Shown one piece after another: positions 43,529 through 53,807 of a stretch of DNA of 57,645 nucleotides. The notes under the pieces are model-generated. The model was not told the origin of the DNA and ran no database searches. It saw only the letters and a program-made list of their open reading frames with translations. This stretch comes from a virus. Its lineage: Duplodnaviria > Caudoviricetes. The stretch spans positions 1 through 57,645 of IMG/VR virus record IMGVR_UViG_3300044541_000049. One strand, given 5' to 3'. The stretch's first letter is position 1, and each line of letters begins with the position of its first letter. The translations under genes and the position numbers were made by a program.

Positions 43529-45295
43529 TCAGACGTTGCAGGCAACGTAGTTGGCCGCGCCGGTCGTACCGTTCGGGCAGATGTTCACGGTGACCAAACG
43601 GGACTGGTGACCACGCTGCGCGATCAGCCAGCACTCTTCCATCCACGCGGCCGTGTAGTCGTTCGTCGAGTTGAGAGTGCTGTCCCGGATGACGCCCAGA
43701 TCCAGGGTCATGCCCTGCCCGAGGATGAACGTCCCCGGAGCAAAGATCATGAACTGGACGGTGGACGGCCACAGAAGCGCGGGGGTCGGACCGCCCGGGA
43801 ATCCGGCCGCGCCGGACTGCCAGTCGGTGACCCACTGGACGCGGACGTTGAGCGCGTCGAACAGACTCATCAGCGTGGCGTCGTTGTACGCCTCGATCTG
43901 TACGCCGGTACGGCGCCGCAGGTCGCTGCGCATGGTGCCCCGCAGCCAACGCGGGAGGACGACCTCAAGCACGGCCGTCTCACACATGCGGTACAGCTCG
44001 CGGTAGTCGATGGCCTGTAGTTCGATGGCACCGAGTACGTTGGCCACGACGCCGGACGCGGGGGCGCCCAGCCCGGTGAACCCGGACACGGCGATCGACG
44101 AGGCGATGAGCTGCGCGATGCGAAGCCCGTTGATCTTGTGGGCGTTGGCCGCTTGGAGCAGCGTCAGGAAGTTGTCGATCGTCTCCGGGTACGCGTCACT
44201 CGTCAGGTTGCCGGCAGTGAGGCAGATGCCGTCACAGGCCAGACGAGCTTCGAGGAAGTCCGGGCACGGCGCGCGGTCACAGGTCTTGACCCCGGACTGC
44301 GCGGTGCCGGTGACGGCGGCCACGTCCTGAGTTTCGGTCCAGTGCCACAGGCCGTCGGACGCCGCGACCTCCGCGAACGTGGGGCTGATCGGCCACCGCA
44401 GTCCGCCGCGCTCGATGCCCGTGGTCGGGAGGTCGATGAGACCTTCCGCGTTGGTGCACACGATGTTGAACAGGTTGTAGTCGATCTGCGACGGCGCGCA
44501 CCAACCGCCGGCCGCAACGAGCGCTTCCATGTCGTTGCTGCGGGACAGCAGCGTCTCGAACTTGTCCCTGTCGTACGAGGGACTCATAACGATCTTGTGT
44601 TCGCGCTGGAACGACGCGATCGGGACGCGCTCCCCGCCACCGTGTACCGGGCGCAGGTGCTTGGATCGGGCAATGACGGCCTGCGTGAGCGCCGCGCCGT
44701 CGGTGATCGACGCGCCTGCGGTGAACCCCGGGATGTCGGACGACGCGACAAGCACGCTCTCCGAACGGGGGCCTTCGACCTGCGGCGCACGCGCCTTGAT
44801 CTCGGCCATCGTCGGGTTGAGCTTCGCCGTCCGCGTCTCGATCGCGGGACGCGTGGTCGCGGGCGAGTAGTGCGTGAGCGCGGCAGCGACCGCTGCGGTG
44901 GTCGCTGCCGCGACCAACTCGGAGAGTTCGGCCGGGCTGTCCGGAACGGTCACGGTCTCCCCTTCCGGGGCCTCTTCCACGGTGGTCGTCTCTGCGGCGG
45001 GCTCTTCCACGGTGGTCGTCTCTGCGGCGGGCTCTTCCACGACGGCCGGCTTGGCACGCTCACGGAGCGCGTCCCGCTTGGCGGTCGCTTCCGCCGCGAC
45101 CGTGGCGCGCCGCGCGATCTCTTCGCCCGCCGCGTCGATCGCGTCCAGGAGTTCGGTCGCACGGGCGAGTGACTCTTCCGTCGCCTCTTCGGATTCGAGC
45201 AGCGCGTTCGCCTCGTCACGCGCGGCGGCGTTGAACGCCTCAAGTTCGCCCGGGGTCAGCGCGGTGAAGCTCTCCGGGATGGTCGTTCCACTCAC
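43529..45295 (-). CDS. Major capsid hexamer-type protein with N-terminal scaffold segment (588 aa)
   Basis: Coiled-coil N-terminus; ALVAAGGWCAPS; LDLGVIRDSTLNSTNDY. Confidence 0.85.
   Translation of the reverse strand: MSGTTIPESFTALTPGELEAFNAAARDEANALLESEEATEESLARATELLDAIDAAGEEIARRATVAAEATAKRDALRERAKPAVVEEPAAETTTVEEPAAETTTVEEAPEGETVTVPDSPAELSELVAAATTAAVAAALTHYSPATTRPAIETRTAKLNPTMAEIKARAPQVEGPRSESVLVASSDIPGFTAGASITDGAALTQAVIARSKHLRPVHGGGERVPIASFQREHKIVMSPSYDRDKFETLLSRSNDMEALVAAGGWCAPSQIDYNLFNIVCTNAEGLIDLPTTGIERGGLRWPISPTFAEVAASDGLWHWTETQDVAAVTGTAQSGVKTCDRAPCPDFLEARLACDGICLTAGNLTSDAYPETIDNFLTLLQAANAHKINGLRIAQLIASSIAVSGFTGLGAPASGVVANVLGAIELQAIDYRELYRMCETAVLEVVLPRWLRGTMRSDLRRRTGVQIEAYNDATLMSLFDALNVRVQWVTDWQSGAAGFPGGPTPALLWPSTVQFMIFAPGTFILGQGMTLDLGVIRDSTLNSTNDYTAAWMEECWLIAQRGHQSRLVTVNICPNGTTGAANYVACNV
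44970..45043. repeat. 30-bp tandem repeat (about 2.5 copies) encoding EEPAAETTTV
   Basis: ctcttccacggtggtcgtctctgcggcggg repeated. Confidence 0.85.
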
Positions 45296-45370
45296 GATGC
45301 GCCCCAAGCGGGTAGAGGATCTTGACAGATCGATTGTGACACTACTCGCTGTCAAGGTACACCCGGGCAC

Positions 45371-45408
45371 AAAGAAGACCCCGTCTCAGTTGAGACGGGG
45401 TCTTCTTT
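45371..45408 (-). terminator. Intrinsic terminator
   Basis: aaagaagaccccgtctca/tgagacggggtcttcttt. Confidence 0.8.
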
Positions 45409-45442
45409 CGTCGCACACCACAGATGGCACGACGTGGTCAGG

Positions 45443-45685
45443 CTACTCGTCGATGCCTCGCTCACGGGCACGACGTCGACGCAGCGTCCTCGCGGACACC
45501 TCGTCGGCCGTGTCAGGCGCGACGAACGCGGCAACAGCCTCTTCCGCCGCGACCTGTACGACCTGCGACAGCGCGAGATTCTCGGCCGCCCGCTGTGCCT
45601 GTCGCTCGGCCTCCTGTTGTGCCGCGACCGCAAGGGACTCCGCTTGCTGCTGTCGATTGGCCCGCCCACAACACGCCATGATCAA
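45443..45685 (-). CDS. Small hypothetical protein
   Basis: MACCG...; GGAGG RBS; follows the protease. Confidence 0.6.
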   Translation of the reverse strand: MIMACCGRANRQQQAESLAVAAQQEAERQAQRAAENLALSQVVQVAAEEAVAAFVAPDTADEVSARTLRRRRARERGIDE

Positions 45686-48600
45686 ATCCTCCCGAATCGT
45701 TCGGCCAGTGCCGCACGCCGCGACTCCCTGTCCGTACCCAGCCTACGCCGCAACGACAGGCGGATCACGTCACGCGGGGCCGGCGGCTGCGGCGCGGCGC
45801 TTACGGTGAATTCCACCGGGATCGATGACGTGACCATCTCACCGGAGGCGACCATGACGCTCGCCCGTCCGCGCGCTTCGGCGAACCCGGGCACCGGGAC
45901 CAGGAGTGCGGCGGCCAGCTCACGCTTGCCCGCGTCACGGCGATGCGGACGCCAGTCGCCCGAGAGGCGACAGCCCATCATCGTGACGACTTGTTCGGGG
46001 GTGACACCGGGGCGAAGAGCGCCTGCCACCCACACACCACGCGTGTTCTCCCCGACGGTGATGTTGGCAACCACGGAGCATGTGTTGTCGTAGTGCTCCA
46101 TGGCAGCGTCGGTACCTACGCCGTACCCGGTGGACGCGTGGCCGCAGTTCATCGTGATGGGTCCGGTGACCACCCGGCCGCCACCCGCGACGAGCGTCTC
46201 TCCACCCAGGAACGCGGCGTAGTCGACGCGGCGGGGGACGTGGACGTCCCGGTCGCCGAACGATCGGTGGGCCACGCCGTCGGGGGCGAGGAGACCGTAT
46301 ACACGGCCCTGGTCCGTCACGGTCAGTGCGCCGTGCATCTCCACATCACGCGGCTCGGTGAACCACTCGGAGGGCGGCGTGTTGCGGATGACGATGGTGT
46401 GATCGGTGTCCGGGTCGACGACGTCGCAGCCGCACGCGATCACGGCCGCCGGTTGATCCTTCAACATGATCTCTCCCTCAACGTAGGCGGGGATCGCGAG
46501 GAGCGTTGCCCCACGGATACGGCCGGCCTGATAGACCTCGGTCTCGGGTGAGGTGATGCCGTCGCCCATGATCTCACCGTCGATCATGTCCGCTTCGATC
46601 GAGACACCCCGCAGGAAGCGACCTCGCATCTTACGGAACACCTCAAGACCGTCTTCGTCCTCCATGTCGAGAACACCGTTGGCCATGATGTTCGGGCCGT
46701 CACGCCAGATGTCGTCGATCCTCCCGACGATCACCGCACCTTGGTGCTCGGGCGCGTCCTCTTTCTGCCACCGTAGCGGGAGGGGGAGGGGGGCCACGTC
46801 CAGCGACCCGGGCATGAACAGTCGACCGTCACCCGAAGGGATGCCTTCCACGGTGAGCACACCCGACCACGCGCCGTCTTCGTCGACCGAGGGAAGTGGG
46901 CCTGTCCAGTCGACCATGTTGTCCGGCTCCGCGACTTCATCGGGTTCGAGGAGGTCTTCGACGTCCGGGTAATCGCCGACCATCCCCGATGCGGCGGGGG
47001 TGAGCATGATGTCGTACACGTCGTCCGCGAACGCCACCCGCAGGCGATCGAACGTGACCGGGCCGACGAGCCCCATGGCTTCCGCCGCGTGCGCGCCCAT
47101 CTCCTCGTTCACCGCGTCCGGCATGTACCGCAGCGTCATGTGAGGCACGAACGGGGTGTGTTGCTCGGGAATGGGGGGATCTCCGAGCACCTCGTGGACG
47201 CCACCGTGGATGCCGGGGAGCGTGTCACCCGAGAGGCCCATGACGAGACACGGTTCACGATCGTTCGTCGTACCCGGGTTGAACACGTTGACGCTGAAGG
47301 CGTCCGCGTCGACCACGCCGCGCCCTGCGTAAGTGTCACGCATGCGACCGATCACGTCCACACGTTGCTCGGGAGTCCAGTCAACCGCGTCGCCAAGGAA
47401 CGCCATCGTCACGTGCAACTGATCGACCGGTTCGCCACCGACCCGCGCGAACCGTGCCGCATCCTCGGGGCGCGGGACAAGAGCGATCATGGCGCCCGTG
47501 TGACCCGCGTTCACGCTGGTCTTGGCACCGCGACCCTCGCCCGGCCAATGTCCCGTTGCCTCGTGTTCGAGGTTGGCGCACAGCCCCTCGGGATCCTTGG
47601 GGAAGTCGTCCCGCAACGCGTTCACGCACCGCGTGAACGAACCCGGTGTACCCCACCCGATCAGTGCCGCTCCCTCACCGGACAACCAGTACCGCTTGAG
47701 TTGCTCGGGCATCGTCGACTGCGCGTTGATCGTTTCGTCCGACGCCACGAGCGTCTCCCACTCCTCGAAGTCCCACGCCTGTTCCGCGACGGAGTCGGCC
47801 GGCGGTCCACCCTCGCCGATGCCGGACATCCACGGCAACGCCTGTTCGGCGGTAAGGGCATAGATCATGTCGCACCGACAGTTGATCGTAAGTTCGGGCG
47901 GCGCCGTGGGGTCTCCCGGGTACAGCATCGGGAACCCGCCCACGTCGAACGTGTCGTTGAGTGGTCGCGCCTGCTCGTTGGTCTCCAGATGGGCGGGGCG
48001 TACCCGGCTGTCCGTGTTCGATGACCAGACCTTCTCACCCAGATACCCGCTGTGCATCGTCTGTGCGAGAGACGCGGCGTTGGCGCCGCGCGTGATCTCG
48101 GTGCGCGCTATCCTTCGGGCCTTCCACTGCGCGTTGTTCAACACGGCCTGGATCCTGGCTGTGACCTGTTCGACACCCTCGTTCGCGTCGCGTCCCGCCT
48201 GGATGGCAGCCGCGACGTCCACCCACAGGTCGTCACCGATGGTCGACAGGTTGCGGCGCACGGTCTCCATGACCGGGTCGGCGGTACGCGGCGGGATGAA
48301 CGGCGTTCCCGCCGTCACCATGTCCCGCCAGTCCCGGACGGTTGGGACGGCCACACTCGGCATGCCCGCTTCGACGCGAGCAGCCCAGTCGTCCGGCACG
48401 TACGCGGCTGCCGAAGACTGATCGCGGGTGGCGACCGCCGACCGGGCGAACACGTCGAACACGCGGCGGGACAGGCCGGCGACGCGACGACGCCAGATGG
48501 TGGGGATGGCCGCCGCGTCGGTGTCGGTGGGCAGACGCGGGTTACGACGGAACGCGTCCAGCCACGCGGCGGCCGTGACGCGGTCCGGGATCCCGTCCAG

Positions 48601-48705
48601 CATCTCCGCCAGGGTGGCGTCCATGGCCGCCACGACCTCGGCCGCGAACCGCATCCCGATCGCGTCCAATTCGGCGCGCGGGATGGGGACGACGGGGACG
48701 CTCAT
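45682..48705 (-). CDS. MuF-like / 2H-phosphoesterase / capsid maturation protease fusion (1007 aa)
   Basis: ARRIARTE...KVW...DSRVRPAH...PGDP...INCRC; LHVTMAFLG and PHMTLRY; EGIPSGDGR...H.GA..VGRID...GVSI...LSGDWR. Confidence 0.85.
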   Translation of the reverse strand: MSVPVVPIPRAELDAIGMRFAAEVVAAMDATLAEMLDGIPDRVTAAAWLDAFRRNPRLPTDTDAAAIPTIWRRRVAGLSRRVFDVFARSAVATRDQSSAAAYVPDDWAARVEAGMPSVAVPTVRDWRDMVTAGTPFIPPRTADPVMETVRRNLSTIGDDLWVDVAAAIQAGRDANEGVEQVTARIQAVLNNAQWKARRIARTEITRGANAASLAQTMHSGYLGEKVWSSNTDSRVRPAHLETNEQARPLNDTFDVGGFPMLYPGDPTAPPELTINCRCDMIYALTAEQALPWMSGIGEGGPPADSVAEQAWDFEEWETLVASDETINAQSTMPEQLKRYWLSGEGAALIGWGTPGSFTRCVNALRDDFPKDPEGLCANLEHEATGHWPGEGRGAKTSVNAGHTGAMIALVPRPEDAARFARVGGEPVDQLHVTMAFLGDAVDWTPEQRVDVIGRMRDTYAGRGVVDADAFSVNVFNPGTTNDREPCLVMGLSGDTLPGIHGGVHEVLGDPPIPEQHTPFVPHMTLRYMPDAVNEEMGAHAAEAMGLVGPVTFDRLRVAFADDVYDIMLTPAASGMVGDYPDVEDLLEPDEVAEPDNMVDWTGPLPSVDEDGAWSGVLTVEGIPSGDGRLFMPGSLDVAPLPLPLRWQKEDAPEHQGAVIVGRIDDIWRDGPNIMANGVLDMEDEDGLEVFRKMRGRFLRGVSIEADMIDGEIMGDGITSPETEVYQAGRIRGATLLAIPAYVEGEIMLKDQPAAVIACGCDVVDPDTDHTIVIRNTPPSEWFTEPRDVEMHGALTVTDQGRVYGLLAPDGVAHRSFGDRDVHVPRRVDYAAFLGGETLVAGGGRVVTGPITMNCGHASTGYGVGTDAAMEHYDNTCSVVANITVGENTRGVWVAGALRPGVTPEQVVTMMGCRLSGDWRPHRRDAGKRELAAALLVPVPGFAEARGRASVMVASGEMVTSSIPVEFTVSAAPQPPAPRDVIRLSLRRRLGTDRESRRAALAERFGRI

Positions 48706-50174
48706 GTCCCGCTCTCCGTCGGTTGGGGCATGTCGGCGATCGTGTCCGGGATCACCGGTGTGCCGCCCGCATCGGCGCCTTCGTCGGTGCCGGGAGGATT
48801 GGCACGCTCACCGGTGGGCGCGGTGGTCGAAGGCACCGATGCGGGGGTTCCTGTGAGTGCGGTCAGCGCGTCCGTGATCGCCTGGCCGTTGTAGGCGAGA
48901 CGGGTAAGGATCTGCTGACGCGCCTGTTCGGGCGTGGGCTTGGCGCCCTCGTCCATACCTGTCGCGGCACGAAGGGCCTCGTCCGTGATCGCCACGCGGT
49001 CGTGAAGCTGTACGGCGCGTTCGCCAAGGTCCGGCTTTTGTTGGAGCTCGGACACGTCGTACCAGACCACGTACCGCGAACGAGAATCCTCGGGGAGGAT
49101 CCTCGCGGCCTTCAACGCGGGTTCCAGGTACCCGACCGTCATGCCGTCGCAGATCGTTTCGATGATCGGCGAGAGATGGATCTTGATAGCCGAATCCTCG
49201 ATCTGCCACGCGCCCCAGTGGTTCACCCCACCGATTCCGGTGAGGATCTCGGCCGGCACGTTGAGGGAACGGGCCAGTCGGGTGAGTGCCTTGTCCCGCG
49301 CGTCCAAGATCTTGTCTGACACCTCGGACGCAAACGACAGATGACGGATCACGTCGGCGAACTGCGCCGGTACCTCAAGCGGAATGGGGATCGCGGCTGC
49401 GGCGCTGCCCGGGTTCTTGATCGCCTGTGAGGCGACCTCGATCAACTGAGGCACCAGCGCGTTCGGGGCTTGGGCGCTCGTCGCCGCGCCCGCGAACGAC
49501 ATCTCCTGGGGCAGGATGAGCAGACCGTTGGATGCCAGTCGAGACGTCAACGTGGTGATGATGTGCCGGTTGTACAGGTCGATCTCACCCAGCACACCGA
49601 TGACCGACTGAGACGGCGACGTGGCCAACCAGGGGAATTGGGCATCGGGGTTGAACACGCGGACAGGGACCTTGTCCGGCGGTACCGTCTCCCACTCGCT
49701 CTGTCCGGTCTGTACTTGGAGGCTCGTGCCGGATTTCTTGATGATCGAAGCGGCGTAGACCTCCCACCGTGACGCGTCGCTCGTACCCGACACGAGGCCG
49801 TACGAGTCGCCCGGCACTTGGAGCAAGGTGGTGAATCGGGACATGAGTTGGGCTTGACCGCCGGGCCCACCACCGATCCCGTTCACGATGTCGGCGACCG
49901 GACCCGAGTCGATGATCTCCGGTTCGTCCGCGCCCGGATCCATCCGCGCGGCGCGCAGACGCACCCGTGAGTTGGCCGAAGCGCACCAGTCGACCGCGTA
50001 CCTATACTCGCCCTGGGTGTGGTAGTAGGCCCATGCTTCCGCTTGCCACGCGTCCCGCTGGATGTACAGCGTCCGGGCGTTCTCGATCAGCGTCGCGGCT
50101 GCGGTGAGCGTCTCGCTCACGGTCGGCGGAACGTCGATCCGCTCCCGTCGGCCCAATGTCCAACGACTGGCCAC
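48702..50174 (-). CDS. Portal protein
   Basis: WQAEAW.YY...GE; SRLASNGLL; P.EILTG....NHWGAWQI. Confidence 0.88.
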   Translation of the reverse strand: MASRWTLGRRERIDVPPTVSETLTAAATLIENARTLYIQRDAWQAEAWAYYHTQGEYRYAVDWCASANSRVRLRAARMDPGADEPEIIDSGPVADIVNGIGGGPGGQAQLMSRFTTLLQVPGDSYGLVSGTSDASRWEVYAASIIKKSGTSLQVQTGQSEWETVPPDKVPVRVFNPDAQFPWLATSPSQSVIGVLGEIDLYNRHIITTLTSRLASNGLLILPQEMSFAGAATSAQAPNALVPQLIEVASQAIKNPGSAAAAIPIPLEVPAQFADVIRHLSFASEVSDKILDARDKALTRLARSLNVPAEILTGIGGVNHWGAWQIEDSAIKIHLSPIIETICDGMTVGYLEPALKAARILPEDSRSRYVVWYDVSELQQKPDLGERAVQLHDRVAITDEALRAATGMDEGAKPTPEQARQQILTRLAYNGQAITDALTALTGTPASVPSTTAPTGERANPPGTDEGADAGGTPVIPDTIADMPQPTESGT

Positions 50175-50178
50175 GAGA

Positions 50179-50475
50179 TCACTCCTCCGGTTCGAACACC
50201 GCCATGTACCCAGTCACGGCGGACGCCGTGGGCCACACCAACCAGGGCAATGGTACGGATACGAACTGAGCCGTCACCAGCACGACGCCCGCCGACACGT
50301 ACACCGACGCGCACCACATGCACGTGATCAGGTACGAGAACCAGTGATCCTCACCGAATCGACGCAGGACGCGATCACGCGGCGCGGCGAAGAGCGGGAA
50401 GGCGTCAAGCGTGATCAACCGCGTAACGCGATAAGTGGTCAGGCAGACGGCCACGATCGTGACGAGCGCGATCAT
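50179..50475 (-). CDS. DUF1360-like membrane protein
   Basis: YRVTRLI..D...YLITCMWCASVYV. Confidence 0.75.
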   Translation of the reverse strand: MIALVTIVAVCLTTYRVTRLITLDAFPLFAAPRDRVLRRFGEDHWFSYLITCMWCASVYVSAGVVLVTAQFVSVPLPWLVWPTASAVTGYMAVFEPEE

Positions 50476-51035
50476 CGCTTGACCCCACGCGCCCACGCGT
50501 ACACGTCACCCGGGTTCGGGTTGTAGCGGACGGCGACGAACTCGAACCACTTGCCCAACTCGTCCGAGAGGTCGTTCGGCGCCACGTTGCCGTACCACTC
50601 GCCCGGGGGCGGGGTGTGTTCCCCCGACGCCCCGTGCGCGCCGCGCCCCGTGGACGCGGCCGTGAAGAAAGCGAGCATCGGGCCTTCCGGGTCCAGGGCG
50701 GACGCGGCGGCACGGACGACGCCGCGCCAGTGCTCCACGTGTTCGAGGCACTCCGTGGACAGGACGAAGTCCCACGCGGCCACGTCGGCGCCCCACACGG
50801 TGGCGTCGGCCACGATGTCCACGCCCGGACCCGGACGGATGTCGAGTCCCTGCCACAGAGTGTGCGGGAACCACGCTCGTGCGGTGCCGTTGACATCACG
50901 ACCGCCGATGTCCAACCCACGCCACGCGTCCGCGTAGTCGTTCCCGTCGTCGTCGACCATGTAGACGGCTTCACGGAAGTCGATCCCCGAGTCCTTCACC
51001 ATGTCGCCGACCGCCTCATACGCTTCCGCGTGCAT
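50472..51035 (-). CDS. Class I SAM-dependent methyltransferase
   Basis: LDIGGRDVNG, GVDIVADA, DFVLSTECLEHV. Confidence 0.82.
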   Translation of the reverse strand: MHAEAYEAVGDMVKDSGIDFREAVYMVDDDGNDYADAWRGLDIGGRDVNGTARAWFPHTLWQGLDIRPGPGVDIVADATVWGADVAAWDFVLSTECLEHVEHWRGVVRAAASALDPEGPMLAFFTAASTGRGAHGASGEHTPPPGEWYGNVAPNDLSDELGKWFEFVAVRYNPNPGDVYAWARGVKR

Positions 51036-51044
51036 CGCTCCCCC

Positions 51045-51731
51045 TCACCACGGTTGGAATCCCCACTTGTCCACGAACGTCACCCTGTCGCGGCCGGCCT
51101 GCTCGGCCAACTCGGGATGTGACGTCGTCCCCTCGTCAGGGTGTCGATGTTCCCACGTCGTCCCGTGCACCACGAGGCGACCGCCCGCGCCGCAGGCTTG
51201 CTGCGCGATGTCGTCGTCTCCGTACCACCACCGAATGGACTCGTCGACCCGCAACCCGGATTCACCCTTGATCATCCACGCGAACCCGGCCATCCGCGTT
51301 CCCGAGTGAGCCAGGGTGCCCGGTGCCTCGTACACGTCCACGCGATCGGCGCCGTGACCGCTCGTACCGTCGAACGCGTACGGGGACACGAGAACGGCGT
51401 GGGTGCCGCGCAACGGGGACTGAAGACCGTCGACGAACCCGGGGCCTGCGATGAAGTCGTCGTTGACGACAAGGGTGTCCCACCGTGCGGCGCGGTTGTA
51501 CGCCGCGACTCCGGCGGAACGAGAGAGACCGTCGTTCCATAGGCGCGACAGGTTCGGCGGTTGCTCGTAATCCATGATCAGACAGTCGATGCCGTCGAAC
51601 GCGGTCACCCGGGGATCGCTCGCGTTGTCGATCACGACCACGTGGTGCACCTGCGGCGCGAGCGCCGCGACGCAGTCCCGCAGGTCGTCCGGCCTGTTGT
51701 GGGTGACGATCACCGCGTGGACGGGGATCAC
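51045..51731 (-). CDS. Glycosyltransferase family 2
   Basis: AVIVTHNR, VVVIDNAS, VVNDD, WWYGDDD. Confidence 0.87.
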   Translation of the reverse strand: MIPVHAVIVTHNRPDDLRDCVAALAPQVHHVVVIDNASDPRVTAFDGIDCLIMDYEQPPNLSRLWNDGLSRSAGVAAYNRAARWDTLVVNDDFIAGPGFVDGLQSPLRGTHAVLVSPYAFDGTSGHGADRVDVYEAPGTLAHSGTRMAGFAWMIKGESGLRVDESIRWWYGDDDIAQQACGAGGRLVVHGTTWEHRHPDEGTTSHPELAEQAGRDRVTFVDKWGFQPW

Positions 51732-51812
51732 GATCTGCCGCGCATGTGGATCATGGTGTCCTCCCGAGACGTGACGATCATCCTACGCGTACGGACACCG
51801 GGTGTCGTGGAT

Positions 51813-51915
51813 CCTCAATGTCCGATATTTCAACATATCAACACCCGTCTATTTCCCCAACTGTTTTGTGCGGTAACGGACTTGACCCACGTCGCCCAAC
51901 TATTTTGTACGGTCC
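51813..51915. repeat. AT-rich ~62-bp repeat, copy A (inverted), plus a half copy at 51891-51915
   Basis: aatgtccgatatttcaacatatc...; gtcgcccaactattttgtacggtcc. Confidence 0.85.
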
Positions 51916-51970
51916 TATGTGTGGGCACAGGAAAGCCCCGACCGGTTGGCCGGGGCTGCGGGTGGGGCGA

Positions 51971-52201
51971 TCAGCGGTCCAGGATCACCGTGGCCGGCTG
52001 GGTGAAGTTGTCGGCCGCGTCGGCGACGTTCGAGGCGCTCGCGCGGTAGGTAGTGATGCTCACGGCGTAGTTGACGCTGTACCACTGCGCCGCCTTCTGT
52101 GCGGCGCTGCGAGCGGTGGTCGCGCGGCCCTGGACCGTCGGGCCGACCGCGACGAACTCGCCGGCGTTGTTCAGAATCTCGGTGCGGTAGGTGTTCGACA
52201 T
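51971..52201 (-). CDS. Hypothetical protein (76 aa)
   Basis: AAGGAG RBS; own promoter cassette. Confidence 0.7.
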   Translation of the reverse strand: MSNTYRTEILNNAGEFVAVGPTVQGRATTARSAAQKAAQWYSVNYAVSITTYRASASNVADAADNFTQPATVILDR

Positions 52202-52281
52202 GGTGTGCTCCTTCGTTGTGTTCTTCGTTGTGCTGACAAGTAGAAGACTACGCCGGCATCGGGACATGTGTCAACACCCCC
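52202..52281 (-). promoter_or_regulatory. Promoter cassette
   Basis: GGGGGTGTTGACA-N18-TAGTCT-tctact-TGTCAGCACA. Confidence 0.8.
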
Positions 52282-52312
52282 TGTCGAACGAGTTCAGAGG
52301 GTGTTGACACGG

Positions 52313-52378
52313 CGGACCGTACAAAATAGTTGGGCGATTTGATTGGGTGTGGATATGTTGAAATATCGGACATTGAGG
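52313..52378. repeat. AT-rich ~62-bp repeat, copy B
   Basis: cggaccgtacaaaatagttgggcgatttgattgggtgtggatatgttgaaatatcggacatt. Confidence 0.9.
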
Positions 52379-52384
52379 TCAGGT

Positions 52385-52645
52385 CTAATCGGACATGTCC
52401 GACTTTGCCCGTAGCATGATCGCGAGCGTGTCCCGCAGCTCGGTCGCCTCTTCGCGGTCCAGTACCGTGACGATCACTCGGCCACGGTCCTCCCAACCGA
52501 CCACGGACACCAACTCGATGAAGTATCGATCGGATGTCCGTGCCCACTCGGGTTGCGGCGGGCGCGGCGCGACCCACCCACACTCCGCCGGACGAGCGTG
52601 CCACGTGCGCTTGCGCCGATTCGCGGCGTAGTGAAGCCGGCCCAT
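52385..52645 (-). CDS. Hypothetical protein (86 aa)
   Basis: MGRLHYAANRR; coupled to the upstream gene. Confidence 0.55.
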   Translation of the reverse strand: MGRLHYAANRRKRTWHARPAECGWVAPRPPQPEWARTSDRYFIELVSVVGWEDRGRVIVTVLDREEATELRDTLAIMLRAKSDMSD

Positions 52646-52824
52646 CACACGGCCGCCTGAGGGGCCGGCACGTCCTCCGGGTATGCCGCGTCGATGGCGT
52701 CCTGCAAGCGCCGCAGAAGGACGTACAGGGACGGCGGGAGGATGCCCGCGTCGGACATGGCCCGCAGGTCCACGTACGCCTTGTGCGCGTAGTCGTCGCT
52801 GATGTGGATCTCGATCCTGGGCAT
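52645..52824 (-). CDS. Hypothetical protein (59 aa)
   Basis: AGGAG RBS; MPRIEIHISDD. Confidence 0.6.
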   Translation of the reverse strand: MPRIEIHISDDYAHKAYVDLRAMSDAGILPPSLYVLLRRLQDAIDAAYPEDVPAPQAAV

Positions 52825-52919
52825 GCTGTGTCTCCTGGGTGTCGTCGATGTCGGTGCGTTCACGATCCACATGCGCGGCGCGCCCTGGGGGCAGGGCGCG
52901 CCGCAGGCGGTCGGACACG

Positions 52920-53243
52920 TCACCCGGGGTTCTTGGCAAGCGCCGCGATGCAACGCCGGCACGTGACCTCACCGGTTACGGGGGCCAGGTAGTGATACCT
53001 GGACACGGCGCTCGCACTGGCGCAGCACTTCGGCGCGTTGCCCCGGATGGAGGTATCGAAGCGGCCGGGGGCGTGGACCATGCCCGTGTGCGTTTGGAGA
53101 TTCATGGTCAGCTCACGCTCTACGGTCGTGATCACGTCCACGACGCTCGCGTCCCCGTTCACCGTGCGCAGGTACTTTCCGCCCACGTAGATCTTCGTGT
53201 TGCCCTTGACGCTCGCGGTGATGGTGACGGTGGTGTTCGACAT
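52920..53243 (-). CDS. Hypothetical protein with C-terminal H/C zinc motif
   Basis: VH...CC...VTCRRC; own promoter cassette at 53244-53323. Confidence 0.7.
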   Translation of the reverse strand: MSNTTVTITASVKGNTKIYVGGKYLRTVNGDASVVDVITTVERELTMNLQTHTGMVHAPGRFDTSIRGNAPKCCASASAVSRYHYLAPVTGEVTCRRCIAALAKNPG

Positions 53244-53334
53244 GGTGTGCTCCCTTGTTTCCGCTTCTCTGTGCTGACAAGTAGAACACTAGTCGACTGC
53301 GGTGAGGCGTGTCAACACCCCCCTGCGGTGTCGG

Positions 53335-53718
53335 TCAGAGTTCGTGGCCGTACAGCCTGCGGCGGAACACCCCACCCTCAAGCCGGGACCAGTCACGGCA
53401 GTCCGCGTCAACGCGGATGTACTCGGTCGCGGCGTCGCCGGTCTCGGCGTGGAACCGAGTGATCTCGTCGCCGACCTTGTTCGTCACGGTCCACATGTCG
53501 GTAGGCGCGGAAACCGGGGTCGGGTTGATGCGGCGGACGGGCTTGACCCTGGCGCAGTTCTTGCAGAACCGAAGGGTGCCGGCGACGAGCCCCGTGGCCG
53601 CCTCAGGCCCGTACACCTTGTTCTCGGTGATCACGCCGCAGACCGCGTGACGGTTGCCCTCGGGGTTCGTGTGAAGCACGTTGCCGCCGGCGCGGACGGT
53701 GGTGAGCTGAGTAGCCAT
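53335..53718 (-). CDS. Hypothetical protein with H/C zinc motif
   Basis: LH...AVCG...FCKNC; own promoter cassette at 53719-53797. Confidence 0.7.
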   Translation of the reverse strand: MATQLTTVRAGGNVLHTNPEGNRHAVCGVITENKVYGPEAATGLVAGTLRFCKNCARVKPVRRINPTPVSAPTDMWTVTNKVGDEITRFHAETGDAATEYIRVDADCRDWSRLEGGVFRRRLYGHEL

Positions 53719-53807
53719 GGTGTACTCCCTCGTTCGTTCCCTTGCTGTGCTGACAAGTAGAAGATTAGCAAGCTGGCGGGAGCGTGTCAACACCCCCTCC
53801 CCTCCCT

